64,000 bases of DNA from Felis catus (lineage: Eukaryota). Within the stretch, counting starts at the first letter, position 1. Each line of letters starts with the position of its first letter. Positions 23,968 to 37,851 of this stretch are shown here, in pieces. The position numbers were made by a program, and so were the translations under genes. The stretch spans positions 101,930,001 through 101,994,000 of the forward strand of contig NC_058368.1 of the NCBI RefSeq assembly GCF_018350175.1, given 5' to 3'. The notes under the pieces are model-generated. The model made no database searches. It had not been told where the DNA came from and saw only the letters and a program-made list of their open reading frames with translations.

Positions 23968-26715
23968 AGAGTATTTCACCTTAAGAATACACAATGATTT
24001 ATGTGGCCAAGCCCTTACTGGACAGCTAGCTTATTTTCTCATTTTTAAATTTTTATAAATAAGTCTGGAATGACTTGCGTGAACGGACAAATTTTTGGTT
24101 ACAAAGCCACTGGTTTTGTGTGGGTTTATTTTAGTTTTTGAAACTTATACACCTGCATTCTGGTATGCTCACTCAGACACATATTTCCCGGTTGCTGATG
24201 GACATCCTCCAGGACTTAGAAACTGATAAAAAAAATAATAATAATAACAAAAGCACAATGTACTGACTAAAGCCATAGGATTGCCTAAGGATTATTAACT
24301 TGGATAACGTCTGGTACACCAGATCAAAGTTTGCTGAATGAACTGGGGATATCTGAGTACAAAATTATTTATGCCCAGTAGGCTCTCTAGCAACTTATTA
24401 TCCAAAGCAAACAGATGTATTTTGTAAAGCATTCCACACGAAACACACTTGAGATTCAGTTTAACAGGGAATAGGGATTTTTTTTCCCCCTTAAAGGCCC
24501 ACAGGCTTTATTTGACCCAAGTGAACATCGTATTTCACGGCTTCTAACTTTCTCTTTAAAGATCTGAAAAAGTTATAAAATTTTTTCAGCACCCCATCCT
24601 GTAAAATCAATTTCTAATTGTAGAGCACAGATGTAGAAAACATGGCTCTGAATACCACGTATTTATGACTATTTGCAATGCAAATCACGAATAATAAGTA
24701 ATGTTTTTTTTTAAACTTTTGGTCAGAAAATTGTAGCTATGGACTATAATTACTAATCTAAGTGAAGATCCAAATCAGCACTATCTTGCTAGGAAAGCCT
24801 GGACTATTTAAAGGACCATGATTTATCTCGTGGGGACTTCTATCCAAGCGTCTTCGAGTATTCAAAATCAGAACTAGTTTATTCAAAGCCTGTAGGAGAC
24901 AGATGGGCAATTAATGACTAGGGAGGCCAGGGTGAGGGCCCACGAGGGTCACCAGAAGAATCCTGCCTTTATCTGTTTCAGGCACCTGCCACTCAGCATG
25001 CATGAGAGGTGGGGAGAGTGACGACAGACCTTTGGGTTTTTCAAGACAAAGCTGGGAGATTTCCTATTTTAAATGTGTTACAAACCAAATCAAATATATC
25101 TGCTGGATTCCACCTATCGGCTGCCAATTTGCGACCCACAGCCCTAGGATTTGCTTCTTAAATATGTCAATTGTACACCTACTCAGCAACTGAGGAAAGA
25201 ATGTAAATTAAGTGGAACAGGGAATTAACAGGAACTAATTTGCAAAAAAGGGACTGCTAGTCAGACATAAAATCAATAAATCAATATATGTGTTTTTCCT
25301 AGGCCTCATGTACTTTCCAGGGCAGAACAGAACGTCACCAAAAGAGTCTGCCCTGAAGTTTACAACCACTTAAAATTTTAAGGTATGTGCCTGTGACGAC
25401 GTTCATCAACACCTTTTTTGGTGGAATAAATGGTACAGGTAAATATGCAGAGAATTAATTATTCAAAAAGAATAAATGAAAGCAACACATCATATGGAAA
25501 AAAAGGTTCTGCTGATGCTCTCTCTGGTTGTCATGAATGTAGGCAAACAATTAGCAGACTTTCAGTTCTGCTTTTCAAATACATGGTGTTTGATCACTGA
25601 ACTAGACAGTGCTCTATTTGGCAAAACTTGCTCTGCATCTTGAATTTCAAAAGCACCGAGGTAACCGTATGAGCCAGCTTTCTTGAAAGAGTTCCCCCAT
25701 GGTGGACATAAAAAATGCAAAGTGTTCTATGAAAATATGCTCTCAAAGCTACATGGTACTACATCCAGCCAAACTAAAACTCTTCTGATATAAGCAGGTC
25801 AGGCTGGAATGTTCTTTTAATTTTAGCAGAGACCTGGTTTTTTGTAACTTGCTACGTCTACAGCCTTGTGAATTCACATGTTGGTTTTAACCAGGGTAGG
25901 AAACTAGACAATTGCTTATATAGTTACAAATACAGGATAGAACATTCAGAGGAGACTTTTGTTCTTCCCCAAGTTAGGTTTCACTTCGACAGGTCAGACA
26001 CCGTCCATCTTAGTGATGATTTACTCCACTCACAGAAAAGGCTACAGTGTTTTTGCAACGGTCTTGAGATTCACACAGGAGAAAGAAAACACATGTGAGG
26101 ACTCAAAGTGGGGGAATATACTGCTTTCCAAAGAAGACTAGCCAAGAGGGGAGTCTGGAGGAACGTGCCAGTTGGGATTGAGGGATGGGGCAAAGCTAAG
26201 CAGGTGGGAGAGGTCAAGAACAGAGCAGGAAGCCAAACTGGCTAAAAGAAGATACGTAAGAGCAGACAAGAAGACACGAGCTTTCTGAACAGCAGATGTG
26301 AAAAGTGAACAGAATGGATCCTAGAATGTCCTGCCTTCTTGCCAGCATTTGATATGTCAAAGAGTAGGAGGTAAATGGAAGGTTCTGTCTACAAAGTCAT
26401 CTTTGAGTTTAGATCTTAGGAAAAACCAAGTTCCAAAACACATTCTGGTATTTTTTTGTTTTTTGGTTTTTTTTTTTTTCCTTTCTAAGTTTCTAAGTCA
26501 GGACTCCAGTGACAAATATGGACAATTTTAAATTGCCCATATCCTACAATCTGGTTAGATAACTCAGTTTTTGGACACACCTTTTAAAGATACAATTTTT
26601 TACTAACATCACTGAATTCCCTATGTTCTGAATACCTCACTTGAGAGAAAATTATAGGAAGCTAGTGGATTTGAATACATCTTCCAAGATTTACATTTAA
26701 ACGATCAAGAGTATC

Positions 26716-26940
26716 TTTTTATTAAAAAAATTTTTTTTTAAAGTTTATTTATTTTGATGGAGAGAGTATGAGCACCAGCAGGGGAAGGGCAGAGAGAGAA
26801 GGAGAGAGAAAATCCCAAGCAGGCTCTGTATTGTCAGTACAGAGCCTGATGCAGGGCTTGATCTCACAAACCTCAAGATCATGACCTGAGCTGAAATCAA
26901 GAGTCAGATGCTTAACTGACTGAGCTACCCAGGCGTCCCT
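26716..26940 (-). mobile_element. Can-SINE
   Basis: Full body in reverse. Confidence 0.93.
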
Positions 26941-27667
26941 CAAGGGGGCATTTTTAAAAGGGAGGGGGTCAAAACCTGCATGAAGCCTGGATCCAGTGGA
27001 TAAAACTACTCACGAAACCAAAATACTTAGAGGAAGTGCTATATATTGTGTGTCCAGGTTAATTTAACCCACCAACACCTCCTTCTCTAGGAAGGAATGC
27101 CTGCCGATGGACAAAAAGTCTTGATCAACCCATTTTTCTCTGAGGGAAGACACATAAAGATGAGTCGGAGAGAGGGGCAGTCAGGAATATGAGTTATTTG
27201 TATAATTCGGGTATTTCAGGTTGCCCAAATTACTCTGAAGACTCTCAACAAAGAATAAAACGTTTCCATATCAGGCCCTAAATTAAGATTTTTGCAAAGT
27301 GTGGGCAAACTAAAGTCAGAGCTTTAAAGACCTTTCATGTCCTTATCTTTGAGTTATTCAACTTTTAGAAATAAAGAAGAAAACAAGAATCTTAGTAAAG
27401 GATGTTCATGATAGTGTTTTGTTTTAAATATGAGTGAGAACTGATTTCCTAAAAACAGCAGACGAAGACAATGTAATTAAATTTTACAGAATATGTGAGA
27501 GCATATCAATTATAAAATATTATTTGGAAAGTAAAGCAGAAGGCAGAACTTTTAAAATAAGATTATTTTTACAGAGAGGAAATGGTATTTTACCGTATTT
27601 CTAGGTTTTCTATAATCGATATAAAGGGAATTATTTTTTCGAACAAAAAAAACATCAGGATAAAAAG

Positions 27668-27897
27668 ATTTTTATTTTATTATTTTAATAATGTATTATC
27701 TATTTGTAAATTTATTTATGTATTTTTCAAAGAGATAGTGTGAGTGGGAAAGGGGCAAAGAGAGGGAGACAGGGAATCCCAAGCAGGCTCTGTGCCATCA
27801 GTGCGGAGCCCCATGCGGGGCTCAAACTCACCAACCATGAGATCATGACCGGAACTGAAATCAAGTCAGATGCTTAACTGACTGAGCCACCCAGGTG
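27668..27897 (-). mobile_element. Can-SINE
   Basis: Full body in reverse, flanked by gataaaaagattttt repeats. Confidence 0.9.
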
Positions 27898-27960
27898 GGG
27901 GTTAAAAGATAAAAAGATTTTTAAAAAATACTCACTAGGGGTTAAGAAAGTTGCCTGTCA

Positions 27961-28170
27961 GGGGTGCCTGGGGGGGTCAGTCAGTTAAGCATCTAATCCT
28001 TGATTTCTGCTCACGTTATCATCTCATGGTTCATGAGATCAAGCGCTGAGTTGGCCTCTGAAGCATGGAGCCTGCTTAGGATTCTCTCTGTAGCGCTCTC
28101 TGCCCCTCCTCAGCTCACGTGCTCGTTCACATTCTCCCCCTCTCTCTCTAACTTTAAAAAAAAAAAAAGA
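27961..28170 (+). mobile_element. Can-SINE
   Basis: ggggtgcctggg head, A tail, flanking aaagttgc repeat. Confidence 0.9.
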
Positions 28171-29259
28171 AAGTTGCTGACCAAAAGCAAGTGTGTGCTC
28201 TTCCTCCTCCCCCTCCTCCTCCTCCTTCTGTTCAAACATTAATGTACTTTTGTTTGTTTCCAGTTGACATTTTGGAGATTCGGGCTCACAGCTGTCTACC
28301 ATTTGAGAATAATTCCATTGTTTTCTTAACGTACTGATTTGTTTCCTTCAAATACATTATATCATTAGTTGTGGAATCAAAATAAGAATCACTAGACAAG
28401 ATGGCCCCAGGGATTCCCAAAGTCAGGGGTCTGATCCATTTGCAAAGATCAGGAGACTTCTGTGATCTCCTCCCCGTCCAAGCCCTCAAACAGACTGAGT
28501 CTCTGCCTTGTTATCGTGAGCTTTGCATTCCAACATCTTTTTTGTTCCATGCCTAGATGTGAATACATCTCTTTCTGTGAATTAACAACAAATACTTGGT
28601 AAGACTTCTACTGTTTACTGTGTAGGTACCAATCTTTGAATTTATCAATTTTGAAATTTCCAAATATCTCGGCTCCATATTAATAGCATTAGTCCAATAA
28701 CTTCCTTTTCCGTTTTTTTTTTTTTTTTTCCTATCAAATTCAACTTTATCTAATGCCTCTTTTCAGTCTACGGGTACCTTTACTCCAACTTAAATAAAAA
28801 TTAATATAGTTCTTCTTTCTTTGTAGTTGCTATCATTTGAGGTTTCCTTCTTTTAGTCCCCCTTCCTGTCTTTTGACCAGTTTACTCTTGTCTCTTTCCC
28901 AGAAGCTTTTAGAAAATCTGAAGCATGGCTTTGTACCCGTCATACTTTGCTTTACAAAGCAATGTTTAAAACTATCGCCAACAACAGGGCAAAAGTGCCA
29001 GGAGGGTAGATACAGGTTCACTTTTCTTTATAAAGAACTGCAGTGACTGATCAAAGCCTTTTTTCAACAAATATTCTAAACCTTCTCTTCCATTTACACG
29101 TCACTAACCTCATCAGAGAAGTAGTTTCTATTAACCATGCAGAGATAGTGGTCACACCTGACCGGTACCTTAATGGAAAGAAAGAGTCTGAACAAGCAGA
29201 GAGTGGAGAAAAACACGCGTGGCCTAGAGTGGAACAACGTGGTTTAAAAACAGAGGGCT

Positions 29260-29679
29260 GGGGTGCCTGGGTGGCGCAGTCGGTTAAGCGTCCGACTTCA
29301 GCCAGGTCACGATCTCGCGGTCCGTGAGTTCGAGCCCCGCGTCAGGCTCTGGGCTGATGGCTCGGAGCCTGGAGCCTGTTTCCGATTCTGTGTCTCCCTC
29401 TCTCTCTGCCCCTCCCCCGTTCATGCTCTGTCTCTCTCTGTCCCAAAAATAAATAAACGTTGAAAAAAAAAATTTTAAAAACAGAGGGTTTGGGGCGCAG
29501 GGGTAGCTCAGTACATCAAGCATCTGATTCTTGATTTCGGCCCAGGTCATGATCTCACCATCCTGAGACCCAGCCCTGTATCACATGCTGAGCTTGGCGC
29601 CTGCCTAGGATTCTCTCTCTCTCCCCCTGCCCCTCTCCCCTACTTGTGCGTGTGCTCTAGCTCACTCTAAGAATAAAAA
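29260..29679 (+). mobile_element. Tandem pair: young SINE (29260-29478) plus older SINE (29492-29679)
   Basis: Three copies of target sequence aaaacagaggg bracket the two elements. Confidence 0.95.
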
Positions 29680-30299
29680 CAGAGGGTTTGATTAGTGGAA
29701 GGTAACCTTTGAAAGCTCTGGGGGAAACCATCTCTTAGGTCTCATAAGCTTCAAGAGAAATCATTTTAGATTGATAATAGAGAAAATCTAACAAGAAAGC
29801 CATTGGGAGTACAGGGCTACGGTCTTTAGCATGTTTTCTTAGGTCATTAGTAGAAGTTGAGTGTAATAAAGAAAAAGTACCAACATTAGATGCATATTTA
29901 ACTGTGCCTAACGATTATAGGTGAATTTCCTCTAAAAAGAGCACTAGCGAATAGGGCTAAAATCTATGTCAGTGATGCACGTTAAAGGCTTCTTGGGTAA
30001 AGAAGATCATACAAAGTGTTGGCTCCCTTGGACCCTTCTGCTTAGTGTCACTATTACCAGATTACTGATCATTACAGAAAAAAAGCACAGTTAAATTTAG
30101 GCTCATCCACCGCCATAAAATGTTATCCTCCTTAAAGAGTGGCAGGCCCTGAAAACATATCCCACATTAAGCATACATCTAGTAAGTATTTGCTAACTAA
30201 CACAACCAGGTTGTGGCTCAGAGAGTAATTTATTAGAAAATCTTCTAAACTGTCAGAAACTGAAGACATCAAACTAGATTTTCTTCTAGTATATTTTAC

Positions 30300-30514
30300 T
30301 TTTTATTTTTTAAAGGTTATTCATTTATTTTGAGAGAGAGAAAGAGAGAATGCGAGCAGGGGTGAAGCAGAGAGGGTGGGAGAGAGAATTCCAAGCAGGC
30401 TCCACACTGTCAGCACAGAGCCCAACTCAGGGCTGAAACTCACGAACCGTGTGATCATGACCCGACCCAAAATCAAGAGTAGGATGCTTAACCGACTGAG
30501 CCACCCAGGAGCCC
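30300..30514 (-). mobile_element. Can-SINE
   Basis: Full body, TSD-like ctagtatatttta / ctattatatttta. Confidence 0.93.
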
Positions 30515-32039
30515 TCTATTATATTTTAATTGGGAACGAGGCTCTAAGGCACAGGAAAATAAGCTCCCTGTCTCACAATCTGAGTTGGAAGGACACCAGT
30601 GAGCCCCCAGCAGTTAGGAACAGCTATCCACCTGTGTGTCCTACTACAAGGGGACCAGTGTGTTCCAACTACCAGCACGATGGCCTTCATCACCACCTGT
30701 GTCGCCAAGAGTCACTCATAAAGAGGAGGGGTAATGAAAGCAGGGGGACACTGGCACCTCATACCCTGGAAGGGTGCTTGCTGAGGTGCAGAACCCATAG
30801 GTCTACCCTGGGGCAGCTAGCAGAGGCGAGCATGAGGACATCCATGTTGGGAAAGATATTTAGAAGCCTCAGTTTCCAGCACATCCATTGCCAGTGAAAC
30901 TAAATGCCGTGCCCTCGGCCCCAGTGGAAAGAAAAAGAGAGGCATGAAATGATACCATAACATTTTGGAGAATTGTTGAATACAGAACCTAGCCCAGGGA
31001 GGTCTACCAGTATGAGGCTGCTGGAGTAGCTCACTCTATCAGGATTTGAAAGAACCACAATGTCAGGTGCCTGAAAAAAAGAGGGCATCTTCCCAGTTTT
31101 CACTGGCCTCAGAAGAACCCAGAAAAGAATGCAAATACCTCCTATGCCTCCTTATGTTAGAGAATTCAGGGTGACAGAGCAGGAACAGTGTAGAATCTGG
31201 GTGGCCACAGGGTCAAGCAAGTGGACACCTAACCCAGGAAATGGATTGTGGCATATTCTAACTGGCTTTGGCAGAGACAAAAGGGAGCTCACTGCCCCTT
31301 TGAGGTGAGGAAGGTTCTTCCAGGTTCTAGCAACAGGGGAGGCTAGAAAGAAGGATACTGTTCCATGGAACAGGGGACTGCAACTCAATCGTGGCCTCCA
31401 GTACCAAACAGACCAGACTGAACTCAAACAAGCTGGTGACACTTTCCATAGTTGACATGCTGTGGCCTCCTAAGCAGAGTCTTCTGTTTTTCATTGATAT
31501 GAGACAAGAAGGGGGCACCAGAAAGAGAGAGTCCAAAGGGAGGAGGGAACGATGTCTACTAGAGAAAGTATGGAGGAAGAGATCATGCCTCTCCTCTGTG
31601 CCATCATTCCCCCCACTATGTCCACAGCCAAGGCTGGCTCTGGTGCGATATGAGAAAGGGTGGGAGGAGCGGAGAAGGAGTCAAGCACGGGAATGAGTTT
31701 GAGACCAATCTTAAAAAACGAACAAGACTGAATTTTCAATAGCAACTGAGAATGTCTTAAACCAAAACATCTGCAAAACCAAGAAATCTGGCCGAGATCT
31801 CATTACAGAAAACCGGCACTGTCACCACAGCTCAACTAGGGGAAGGTACAATTAAAATACTCCGTAAACTGACTAATAGGGCATTCGAGTGAGCTGGAAA
31901 AGGCCCTTCCATTCCTCCCTCCACAGCTAAAGAAGAGTGTGATGACCTCGAAGTGCCTACTTGTCCCATCTCCAAATCAGGCCACAACTGTGACGATTTG
32001 TTTAAAAACCAAAGTATTAGCTAAAGTCTCCTCTTGAGT

Positions 32040-32270
32040 ACAGCCTGAGTGGTTAAAAAGATGAGCTTTGGATTCAGAAGGTCGTGGGATAGAACGCTGT
32101 TAGGAGCCAGATCACTTTCATCTAGTGGGGCCTCAGTTTATTCATCTGAAGCAGTGGGGATAGTTCTAATCACGTTAGATAGTCGATATAAATCTTGATT
32201 AGAATAATTCACAAAAAACACTGAGTCCTTAAGAAGCACACCATAAATACTGTTTATGTTGATATAAATG
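32040..32270 (+). mobile_element. MIR
   Basis: gtggttaaaaagatgagctttggattcaga...gcctcagtttattcatctgaagcagtgggga. Confidence 0.7.
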
Positions 32271-32968
32271 AAACATCTCTCTGGCTTTCTGTCTAGACGG
32301 CAGCTGCGATCATGGTGAAATTCAATTATTGCCAATACACTGACCTCTTCGCTTTGTTCCAATGAAAGGTGCCACGACCAAGCTGGTACATGTTCACAAT
32401 GGTGCCCTGGAACAGGCCAGATGGACAAAAGGTCTTGCAGAGATACTTAGAAAATAATAAAAGGTTGGAAGTGCTTGCTAGCCGACTAACACTTTGGGAT
32501 GGGAATTTATACTCATCACTGTTTACTTATGACTCACGATGTACCCGAGAAAGCAAATATGACTCCTCTAATACCGACACGGTTCTTTCCTTGAACACTT
32601 TTTCTTCCCTTTCCCCTCATTTGATTTATTCTCGATTTTAATTTACTTGCATGTACATGGAGCTCTGCCAAGGCTGGGAAGACTCAAATGTGATCTGCTT
32701 CTAAACACTTGTTCAAAAAAACTCCAGGGTTTTTTCCAAGTCAGTATTTCAGGGCACATGAGTCCCTACCCCCAGAAGGCTGATGCCAGCAGCCCAGGAA
32801 GCAAGGGTAGTCCTCACCCATCTGACCAGGCTGTTGGCACAGCAGAGAAGAAAAAACTGACTATGCAAATGGCCTCAAGTCTCAAAAACTGGGAAAAACA
32901 CAGAAAACACACAAAAAAAAAGGATGACTTGAGAAAGTATTCAGAAATACGTCAGTAACGAATTTCTG

Positions 32969-33188
32969 AGGGAGCCTGGGTGGTTCAGTCGGTTGTGTGT
33001 CTGACCTCGTCTCAGGTCATGATCTCATGATTCATGGGTTCGAGCCTCACATTGGGCTCTGTGCTAACAGCTCAGAGCCTGGAGCCTGATTCAGATTCTG
33101 TGTCTCCCTCTCTCTCTGCCCCTCCCCTGCTCGCGCTCTGTCTCTGTCTCTCAAAAGGGAATAAACGTTTAAAAAATGTTAAAAAAAG
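32969..33188 (+). mobile_element. Can-SINE
   Basis: Full body, TSD gaatttct. Confidence 0.93.
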
Positions 33189-33323
33189 AATTTCTATAGC
33201 TATCATTAAACTCTTCCTAGGAATGGATCGTCTTTTGCCACTTCAACTTGCTCCCTGTCTTCTAAAAGTGACTTCCTCCTTTGTTTCCTGTAGCTGCACT
33301 TGTTAAAAATGGTGCACTCCTTC

Positions 33324-33541
33324 GGGCGCCTGGGTGGCTCAGTCGGTTAAACGTTTAAATGTCCAACTCTTGATTTTGGCTCAGATCATAATCTCCGGGT
33401 TTGGGAGACTGAGCCCCACAGTGAGATCAAGCCCATGTCAAGCTGTGTGCTGACAGCACAGAGCCTGCTTGGGATTCTCCCTTACTCTCTTTCTTCCCCT
33501 CCCCCACTCTCTCTCAATATAAATAAATACACATTTAACAA
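33324..33541 (+). mobile_element. Can-SINE
   Basis: gggcgcctgggtggctcagtcggttaa head and body. Confidence 0.92.
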
Positions 33542-33739
33542 ATACTGATATTCCTTTTGTTTTGCATTAAAATGAACACTTAACTCTTGGTCTAAGGTTT
33601 TGCTGGGTGCTTACCCAAGTCGATTTCTAAGAATATTCTTACGTACTGTTTTTTCCACTCCAATGTGCTCAGAAAAGAACACTTTTTTATTTTCAGAATC
33701 TCTAATTCCAGCATGTCTAATATGACCTACCACCATCAC

Positions 33740-33742
<3 letters not shown>

Positions 33743-33782
<40 letters not shown>
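33743..33782. repeat. (CA)n microsatellite
   Basis: CA run. Confidence 0.98.
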
Positions 33783-33786
<4 letters not shown>

Positions 33787-34659
33787 CACTTCTCCTTGAG
33801 GCAAAATGAGATTAAGTCACAAGCACGGGTAGGTGCCAATGACAAGCCCAACAGTGTTACTGGAAGCGGAATATAGAGAAAAATGCTGAAAAAGAAGTTG
33901 CTGAGGAGAAGTAGGGACAAACTTTGGGCACCGAAGTAAAAGAATGTATGACAGAGCTGAGCGCAGTGGGCGTTGTGTTTAACTCTACCCCAGGAGCCAA
34001 TCTGTTTCATTAATTGCTTTTAATTCTTTCGCTCAAGATAAGCTGATTACAGAACCTTTCAGAATTCCCATTATGGCACTTTTTTTTTTTCTTATTTTGA
34101 ACTCTCTTCATTTCAATTGCAACTAAAAATTATCCTCTACTGTCATTTCAATTTGCCAAAATTTCACTTCCAATCAGTTCTATTCATTCTCTTGAGGACA
34201 GGTTGATTACACATACATGATATACCAAGATGATGTTGGCCATCTTTCGGTAAGACTATCTAAGACAAATCCCCTAATAGCTCATCTTTTAAAAATCACA
34301 TCTGAGATTTTTTTTTTTCCCCTAAAATCCATTCCTGTCCTAACACAGTATGCCCCGTTGCCTGAGAATATTTAGTTAGGGAGGTATATAGGCCAATAGG
34401 AGCTGATTTGATGAAAGGAATCTGAACTTCAAAGGCCAGATATCTCAGAAAGACATTCGGGGAGTAAGAAAGGGAACGATGTGGGAGAGGCAGAGCTGAG
34501 AGGTACCAGTTCAGAGGGCCCCCGAGCTTGTACTATTAGAAGCATATCCACAACAGCGACAGCCCTTCACTGAATTCCCACTATTCTCCTTGGGCTCTAT
34601 CAAAACACATCCAATTCTGATAACCACCCTGTGAGTTAGGCATTACAATCATCATGCAG

Positions 34660-35680
34660 TGGACACTTGCTTTTGCCTCCCCAGCATCTATTCTCCCATT
34701 CTGGACAAGCAGGCTCCAAAATTTCACTGTATATCCAGCCATTTCCTATGCTTAGGCCATCTGTTTGGACAGGGCTCTATGCTCAGCTCCGGGAAACGAA
34801 CAATGTAGCCAAGCCCTGCCATGCTAAACGCTTCATGCCACAGGACACAAAGTGGTAGGACAGGCATGCCTTGAGACCGCAGAAGTGCGCTCTTTAGGTC
34901 CAAATGCCCGCCAACTGATGAATGGATAAAGAAGATGTGGTTTATATACACAGTGGAATGCTACTCGGCAATGAGAAAGAATGAAATCCCACCATGTGTA
35001 GCCACGTGGACGGAACTGGAGGGTGTTATGCCAAGTGAAATAAGCCAGTCAGAGAAAGACAGACACCATATATGTTCACTCAAACGTGGACTCTGAGAAA
35101 CTTTACAGAAGATCACGGGGGAAAGGAAGGGGAAAAAATAGTTTCAAACAGAGAGGGAGGCAAACCCACAGGAGACTCCTAAATAAACAGAGAACAAACT
35201 GAGGGTTGATGGGAGGCGGGGGAGAGGGGACAATGGGTGAGGGGCACTGAGGAGGGCACTTGTTGGGATGCGCATTGGGTGTTGTATGTAAGCAATGAAT
35301 CACCCCCAAAACCAAGAGCACACAGTACATGCTGTCTGTTAGCTAACTTGACAATAAATTATATTCAAACAGGAAAGAAAAGAAAAGAAATGTGCCCTTT
35401 AAACGATCTTTAACCTGAAGGGTTGTATATGGAAGAGCCAGTAAGGGCTTACCACCAGAGCAAGAGAAATGTATGACAAGGAAACCAATACAGGGCAAAG
35501 GGAGCTGAGATCGGAGAGAGATGAACAGGACCCTAACTGAGCCCCTGTGACATGTGCGGGCTGGACCAAAGTGAATTCCAAATTCATGCCAACTCAAATC
35601 TGCAATCACTACTTTCCTGTTCTGTTTTTGAGCCTGTGTAGACTGGCTTTTCTGTAACTTGTAATAGAAGGAATCTTAAT
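34660..35680 (+). mobile_element. Old MaLR LTR (MLT1H/J-like) split by an L1 insertion
   Basis: gcctccccagcatctattctcc start; ttttgagcctgtgtagactggcttttctgtaacttgtaatagaaggaatcttaattgaaa end. Confidence 0.6.
34899..35390 (+). mobile_element. 5'-truncated carnivore L1 (end of ORF2 and 3' UTR)
   Basis: aaatgcccgccaactgatgaatggataaagaagatgtggtttatatacac...ctaacttgacaataaattat plus A-rich tail. Confidence 0.95.
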
Positions 35681-35872
35681 TGAAATGCATGCTCTTCAAG
35701 GTAAGAAAACTGAGACTCAAGGAACTTTTATACTTGCTCAAGGACATACAGGAAGGGGCAGACCTGGATTTTGAATCCAAGTCCCTCTCACTCACAATAC
35801 CATATTCTTCCAACACAACACGAAGCACAAAGGCAAATTTTGTTTTGTTTGGTTTGGTTTTTTTACAAACGA

Positions 35873-36239
35873 TGTGATGGTAACTTATATGTGTCAGTTT
35901 GGTGAGTTGGCTAGGCTTTGGCACTAGTCTAGATGTTTCTGTAAAGGCATTTTGTAAATATGATTAACATTTACATTCAGTTGACTTTGAGTAAAGTAGA
36001 TGATCCTGCATAACATGCATGGTGGGCCTCATCTAATCAGTTGAAGGCCTTAAAAGCAAAAACTGAGGTTTCCCACAGATGAAGGAACTTTGTCTCAAGA
36101 CCATAACACAGAAATCTTGCCTGAGTTTTCAGCCTGCTGGTCTGCTCTATGGAATTTGGACTTCCTGGCCCTTATGAACCAAGTACTTTAAATCTCTCTC
36201 AATTAACAGAGAGACAAAGAGATACATAGAGATATAGTT

Positions 36240-36280
<41 letters not shown>

Positions 36281-36376
36281 TATATATCTCTGCACATATA
36301 TATTCTGTATATTATCTATAACTGTATATCTCAGTTTACATCCATACTGTCTCTCTGAAGAACTCTCACTGATACA
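35873..36376 (+). mobile_element. MLT2 (ERV-L) solo LTR with internal (TA)n
   Basis: tgtgatggtaa start, ggtgggcctcatctaatcagttgaaggcctt, ends ctgataca. Confidence 0.9.
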
Positions 36377-37636
36377 AAAAGTAACTGAAGGCCACCCAGA
36401 GAATAAGAAAAAGACCAAAGGACATTTTTTTTTACTTTCCTTCAACAGATCATTTTCTTGACGACTTTCCAGAATAAGACAAGAAGGACAGAGCTCCATG
36501 ATCAGGGTCATAAAGATGCTTTTTCTGTCAAGCGCCTCGTGAGAAATTTTGTTTGCTTTCTTTTTTTTCCAAAGTGAAAAGGGTGTGTGAATATTGACAA
36601 GTAATCCACGCCACACTGTTCGTGTGCTGCACTTTTTTTAACGCAGACTGACTTTGACAAATAAAAGGCAACCAAGGAGCCCTGGTTTGCATAGGTTTAA
36701 GAGGATTTTCACATTCTTTCGAAGAGCTCAATTGCAGTTAAGTACAGGGATGGAGTCTCCAAGGAAAACGGACTGGTTCCACCTTGATTCACATTTGATT
36801 TGCCCTATCACTCTTTCCTGTATCCACAGCATCCACTCAAAAGATGCAGCGCTCTTCAATATAACGTAGAGGGTAACTGATCAGCTTGGCTCCATTGCAA
36901 CTGTGCTGACGTTTGCTAAAACGCCCAAACCCAATGGGATAAATTATTCAGTTTACCTGAAAGATGAGGGAAGGGCTGTGACGGGTTGTTAAAGAAGAAT
37001 ACTACTAGCCTCTGCTTTCAAAGCATGCAAAGGATTGTCAGCTCCAGCCTACTTCTCAAATAAACCACGAAATCCACAAGCCCACATGGAGTCTCTCCTG
37101 TTCAGCCACATCCATTCTTAATTTCTGTTCCCCCGGCAGGCAAGGCACAGGAGAGACAAGTCAGATGATTTGCAGCTCAAACTATAAAAGAAGTTTCAGA
37201 GAAACAATGGGAAAAAAAAAAGAAGGTTTGGTGAGTTGAGAAAATTCTTTTTCTTTTAATACACTATAAAATGTGAAGGAGAAGCACAATGGTTTAATGA
37301 GTTTCTGTCTCTGTACTGTGACAAATCTACAATTCGGCCATTGTAAAAGTAATGATATGTTTCATTAATTTCATATGTTCTTTTAATAGAGTATTTGGAG
37401 GGAAGGCATTTTTGCTTTAGAAATTAGGGCAAAGAAAAGCTGATAAAAGCTTCAAGTTGGTGTTCAGTACTTCCTGGAATACATTAATAACATTCAACTG
37501 CCTTTTCAAACACAAAGACAAATCTCAACGCGATGCTTTGTCTTCCCTGTCATGGTGCTAATAGTGGAAGACTAGAAATCTTTACCTAGTCTCCCCCCAG
37601 AAGACCCCCGCCCGCTCCTGCTTGCCCGTGAACACG

Positions 37637-37637
<1 letters not shown>

Positions 37638-37682
<45 letters not shown>
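37638..37682. repeat. (CA)n microsatellite
   Basis: CA run preceded by a GC box. Confidence 0.98.
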
Positions 37683-37685
<3 letters not shown>

Positions 37686-37851
37686 GCTTTTTATTGGTAC
37701 ATTTCGACCTGGCAATTAACATTCTATGTAACCCCTACCCGTCTACTTAGACACTCCTGGACCACATCCTCTGTGCCATTTCCAAATCTACTATGAGGAT
37801 CACAAACAAGCCACCTAAGGCCCATGGTCTCATCTCGCCCTTCTACAAATA

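Noticed and set aside
30376..30897. Longest ORF (173 aa)
   Set aside because: Starts at a GTG inside an antisense SINE and continues into old repeat-like sequence; no recognisable domain.
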